This document shows positions 60,901-64,000 of a stretch of DNA of 64,000 bases, one piece after another. Source of the stretch: Epiperipatus broadwayi. Its lineage: Eukaryota; Animalia; Onychophora. The notes beneath the pieces were generated by a model. That model was not told the DNA's origin, ran no database searches, and saw nothing but the letters and a program-made list of their open reading frames with translations. The stretch is taken from positions 11,966,001 through 12,030,000 of the forward strand of contig JAQFVV010000002.1 of assembly GCA_028023455.1 (NCBI GenBank), in the 5' to 3' direction. The translations under genes were made by a program, and so were the position numbers. Position 1 is the stretch's first letter. Every line of letters starts with the position of its first letter.

Positions 60901-63900
60901 TTAATTAATATTTAAATTGATATTTTGTAGCAGCTTTTCAATCTGCCTTAACTTAATTTTATTTAAATGCATAATATTTAAAAAGACTATTGTGATTTCT
61001 TCACACAGTAAAATATAATTGATTCTGAATTTGGAATTTATAAATAATGTTATTTATTACATCAGAATTTTCTGTAGTCAGATAATAAACACTATTGTAA
61101 AATGTAAAATAAACATCTGGCAAAGTTAATTAGTTAGTTGTTTTGGGGTGATGTCAATGTTAATACAAGTTTATATGTGAATTTATGCATGGCGTGATTT
61201 AAAGTTTGTTAAAGTATATTTGTTTATATTATTAGTTTAATATTAGCATATTTGTTTTATTATTAGAGCAATATATTTCTAATAACATTTAAAATAATGG
61301 ATACTATGTTATTAATAATGTTATAATTAACAAAAATAATATATTTTTATATAATATTAAGTTAAATTATTATTCATGTTTAAACAATATGATAATAAGA
61401 TCTTTCAGAAAAAAGATACACCTCCATTCTTTTCTTGTTTTAATGATAGGACAGAGAAGTTAAAATTAGTTTATTAATTATAAACTGAGTTTGATGTTAA
61501 TAAAAGATATGTTTTTTTTTCTTTTTCAAATATCTTAACTAATTATTCAACTCTGCATTGTAAAATCGATTTAAAATATTTAATACAATTAATAAATAAA
61601 TATTTTAACAACAGAAATTGTTTTTATACTATTTAATGTTTTTCAATATGTCTGTGTCACAACTTCACATATGTATATACCTTTAAATTAATTATTTTTT
61701 TTTTACATACATTTGAATTTATGTATGTCAAGATTATGTGATTAAGAAACTGCTTGTATATTTAATTCTACTAGTTTTTGAATTGCTTTAAAGTGTTAAC
61801 AATATAAAATTATTGACCAAGGACATTAGTCTGAATCTTCAATTTTCCATAGTTTATTTTTCAAACAATCATTTTGACTGTATGAATCTCTACATATAAC
61901 ATAAAATAGAAAAATCTGTAATGTTTATGTATTATTTTTAGCATATAAATAATATATAAATAGATTATTTAACAATAAATATTATAAACTAATAAGTATC
62001 TCTCTTTTTGTCTTTCAAAAACAACCCATGTGATTATGTGGAGAATTATTTGTATAGTAAATATTAAATTATTACAGTATATGTTTTTTAATTATATTTT
62101 ATTCTTTTTGTCATTATAGATATACATGAAAATATTATAAAATCTATATCTTATTTTTTATCTATTATTACTGTAATAATTAATAACATAGCATTTATGT
62201 ATACAAGTAACATTATGAAAGAAAACTAGCCTTTGCATATGTGATGTGTGATGGATAGTTTCCTTTCATAATATTGCACATATATAAAATCACTATATTA
62301 TTAATTATTACATACATTCAAACTAATAAGATTCAGTGTTGCAGGTAATTATAAACTTTCTCATCCCTGTGTTATGTAAACTGAACTTATGCAAATGATT
62401 TTCCAATTTAAAAATCAAGCTCATAATAGGTTCAAGCCCTAATTTAGGCATGATTAATAAAAATTTGTTGTATTTTAAGAATAAACTCTAAGCACAGGTG
62501 GGTCATCTATGGTTTTAAAATATTTATTAAGTGCATGTCAAGTCTATTATAAATAATATCTATACTTTGTTTTTTCTAACCATTATAATATATGTTTTTG
62601 AATGTGAGGGTGTAAAGAAAAAAGTGCAATTTATGTGGAAATACATGTATATAATAATATATATAAATAAATACAACAAAAAAATACAGAACTGAAGAAA
62701 AATATCTTTTTTTTTTTTAATTTTCTTTAATAATTATTTTTTTTAAGTAAGATTTGATTTTGAACTTAAGATCTGAAGTTTTTTAGATTGCTGCTTAATT
62801 TAAATTTTTAAAATAACTAAAAATTTAATAAATGTAAAATGCTTATAAATATAATTTATATTATGCAAATATAAAAATAGTGTTTTATATTCATATAATG
62901 ATTATTTTAATGGCACCATTAGTAAAGTACTTTCTTAATAATGGACTTAATTTAGTTGTTAACTTAAAAATGTTAAAATGACAATAATTGTTCTACTAAA
63001 ATAAGAATTATATAGAAATTTTTATCATAAAATATTAATATATTAAATCATATAATTAATCATTGATACATTGAATCATCTAAAGTTATAACTTTGAATT
63101 AAATATTTTTCTTATTTTTTCAAGATCCTAAATTTAAACTGTAGCTGTAGTGCTATTTTATAATTTTAATTGAGTTCAACCAAGGATTCAGTGATCGTAA
63201 TAATGACACTTCCACTGTTAGCAGTAAAATTCTGCATCAAAATATGATCATATTTTCAATGCATCAATACTCATATAACCAAATCAAATTGATGTATTAT
63301 CTTTACCAATTAGCTAAGAATAGCTAAATACCCATTTATTAATCATTATTGAATGGCTATCTGCATAGATTCCTGGCCACCTACGAGGAAAAAAAAACCT
63401 AAACTTGTTAGTGGCTTGAAAAAATTTTTTAATTTTCCTAGCTGGATTGAAATCTCCAAATCATGGATATAGTAGAGATTGCTATGAGACTTTTCAATTC
63501 AGCACTCTCAAGCAAAAACAATTCATTAAAAATAAATGTTTCTGTTTTAATTTAATTTGTTTTGCTTTAGGATTAAATAATAAATATTCTGAAATGAATG
63601 ATGTGGTGTCATCATACAAATTAGAGATTTTTTTTTGGTAATTTTAAATTGAGGATTTAAATAAGTAAAATGACCAATAAAATTGTAAGAATTAATAGCA
63701 GCTTGAGATTTAATTGCTATTTATTTTTCCCCATCGCGTTTCCTTTTTTTCTTCCTTCATCTCTCTCCCTCCATATCTCTATCTCCTCTGTTATTAAAAT
63801 ATTAATTTATGATATGTCTTAAACATATTGTCATAACTAGCAATATCTCATTGCCTTTTGCAAATGTTTCATATTTGTACCCTGCTTTATTTTCTTAAAA

Positions 63901-64000
63901 AAAAAAAAACTTGACACACATTTTAGAATCAAATGATCTTGTAAAAAGTTCTGGTCAAAACAATCATATTTACAACATGGTTGGAAATCTCCAAAGATTT

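Noticed and set aside
15844-63641. The many 60-110-aa ORFs rich in F/I/L/K/N/Y
   Set aside because: Composition mirrors AT-rich non-coding DNA or antisense TE frames. No domains, and many start at non-ATG codons.

Overview
Very AT-rich (roughly 75% by eye), CpG-depleted eukaryotic DNA, most likely an invertebrate intergenic region or large intron. I recognise no host protein-coding gene, rRNA, intact tRNA or CRISPR array, and almost all listed ORFs are spurious or transposon debris. The window is largely decayed retroelements: several RTE-clade LINEs, two L1/Tx1-like pieces, CR1/L2 scraps, tRNA-derived SINEs, a piggyBac remnant and Penelope-like (GIY-YIG) remnants. The standout signal, absent from the ORF track, is a set of minimal type I hammerhead ribozymes (CUGANGA...GAAA...NUH) in at least three distinct non-coding repeat families, plus decayed copies. 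These are a young ~396-nt tandem array with an inverted arm (1-1024), a palindromic family (6804-7118, 21450-22030) and a 422-nt partial tandem (9231-9725). Two of the families share a covarying multi-hairpin domain upstream of the ribozyme. This looks like a Penelope-associated retrozyme/pLTR system that could produce small circular RNAs. All structures were folded by eye, and family assignments rest on remembered protein and RNA motifs, not database searches.
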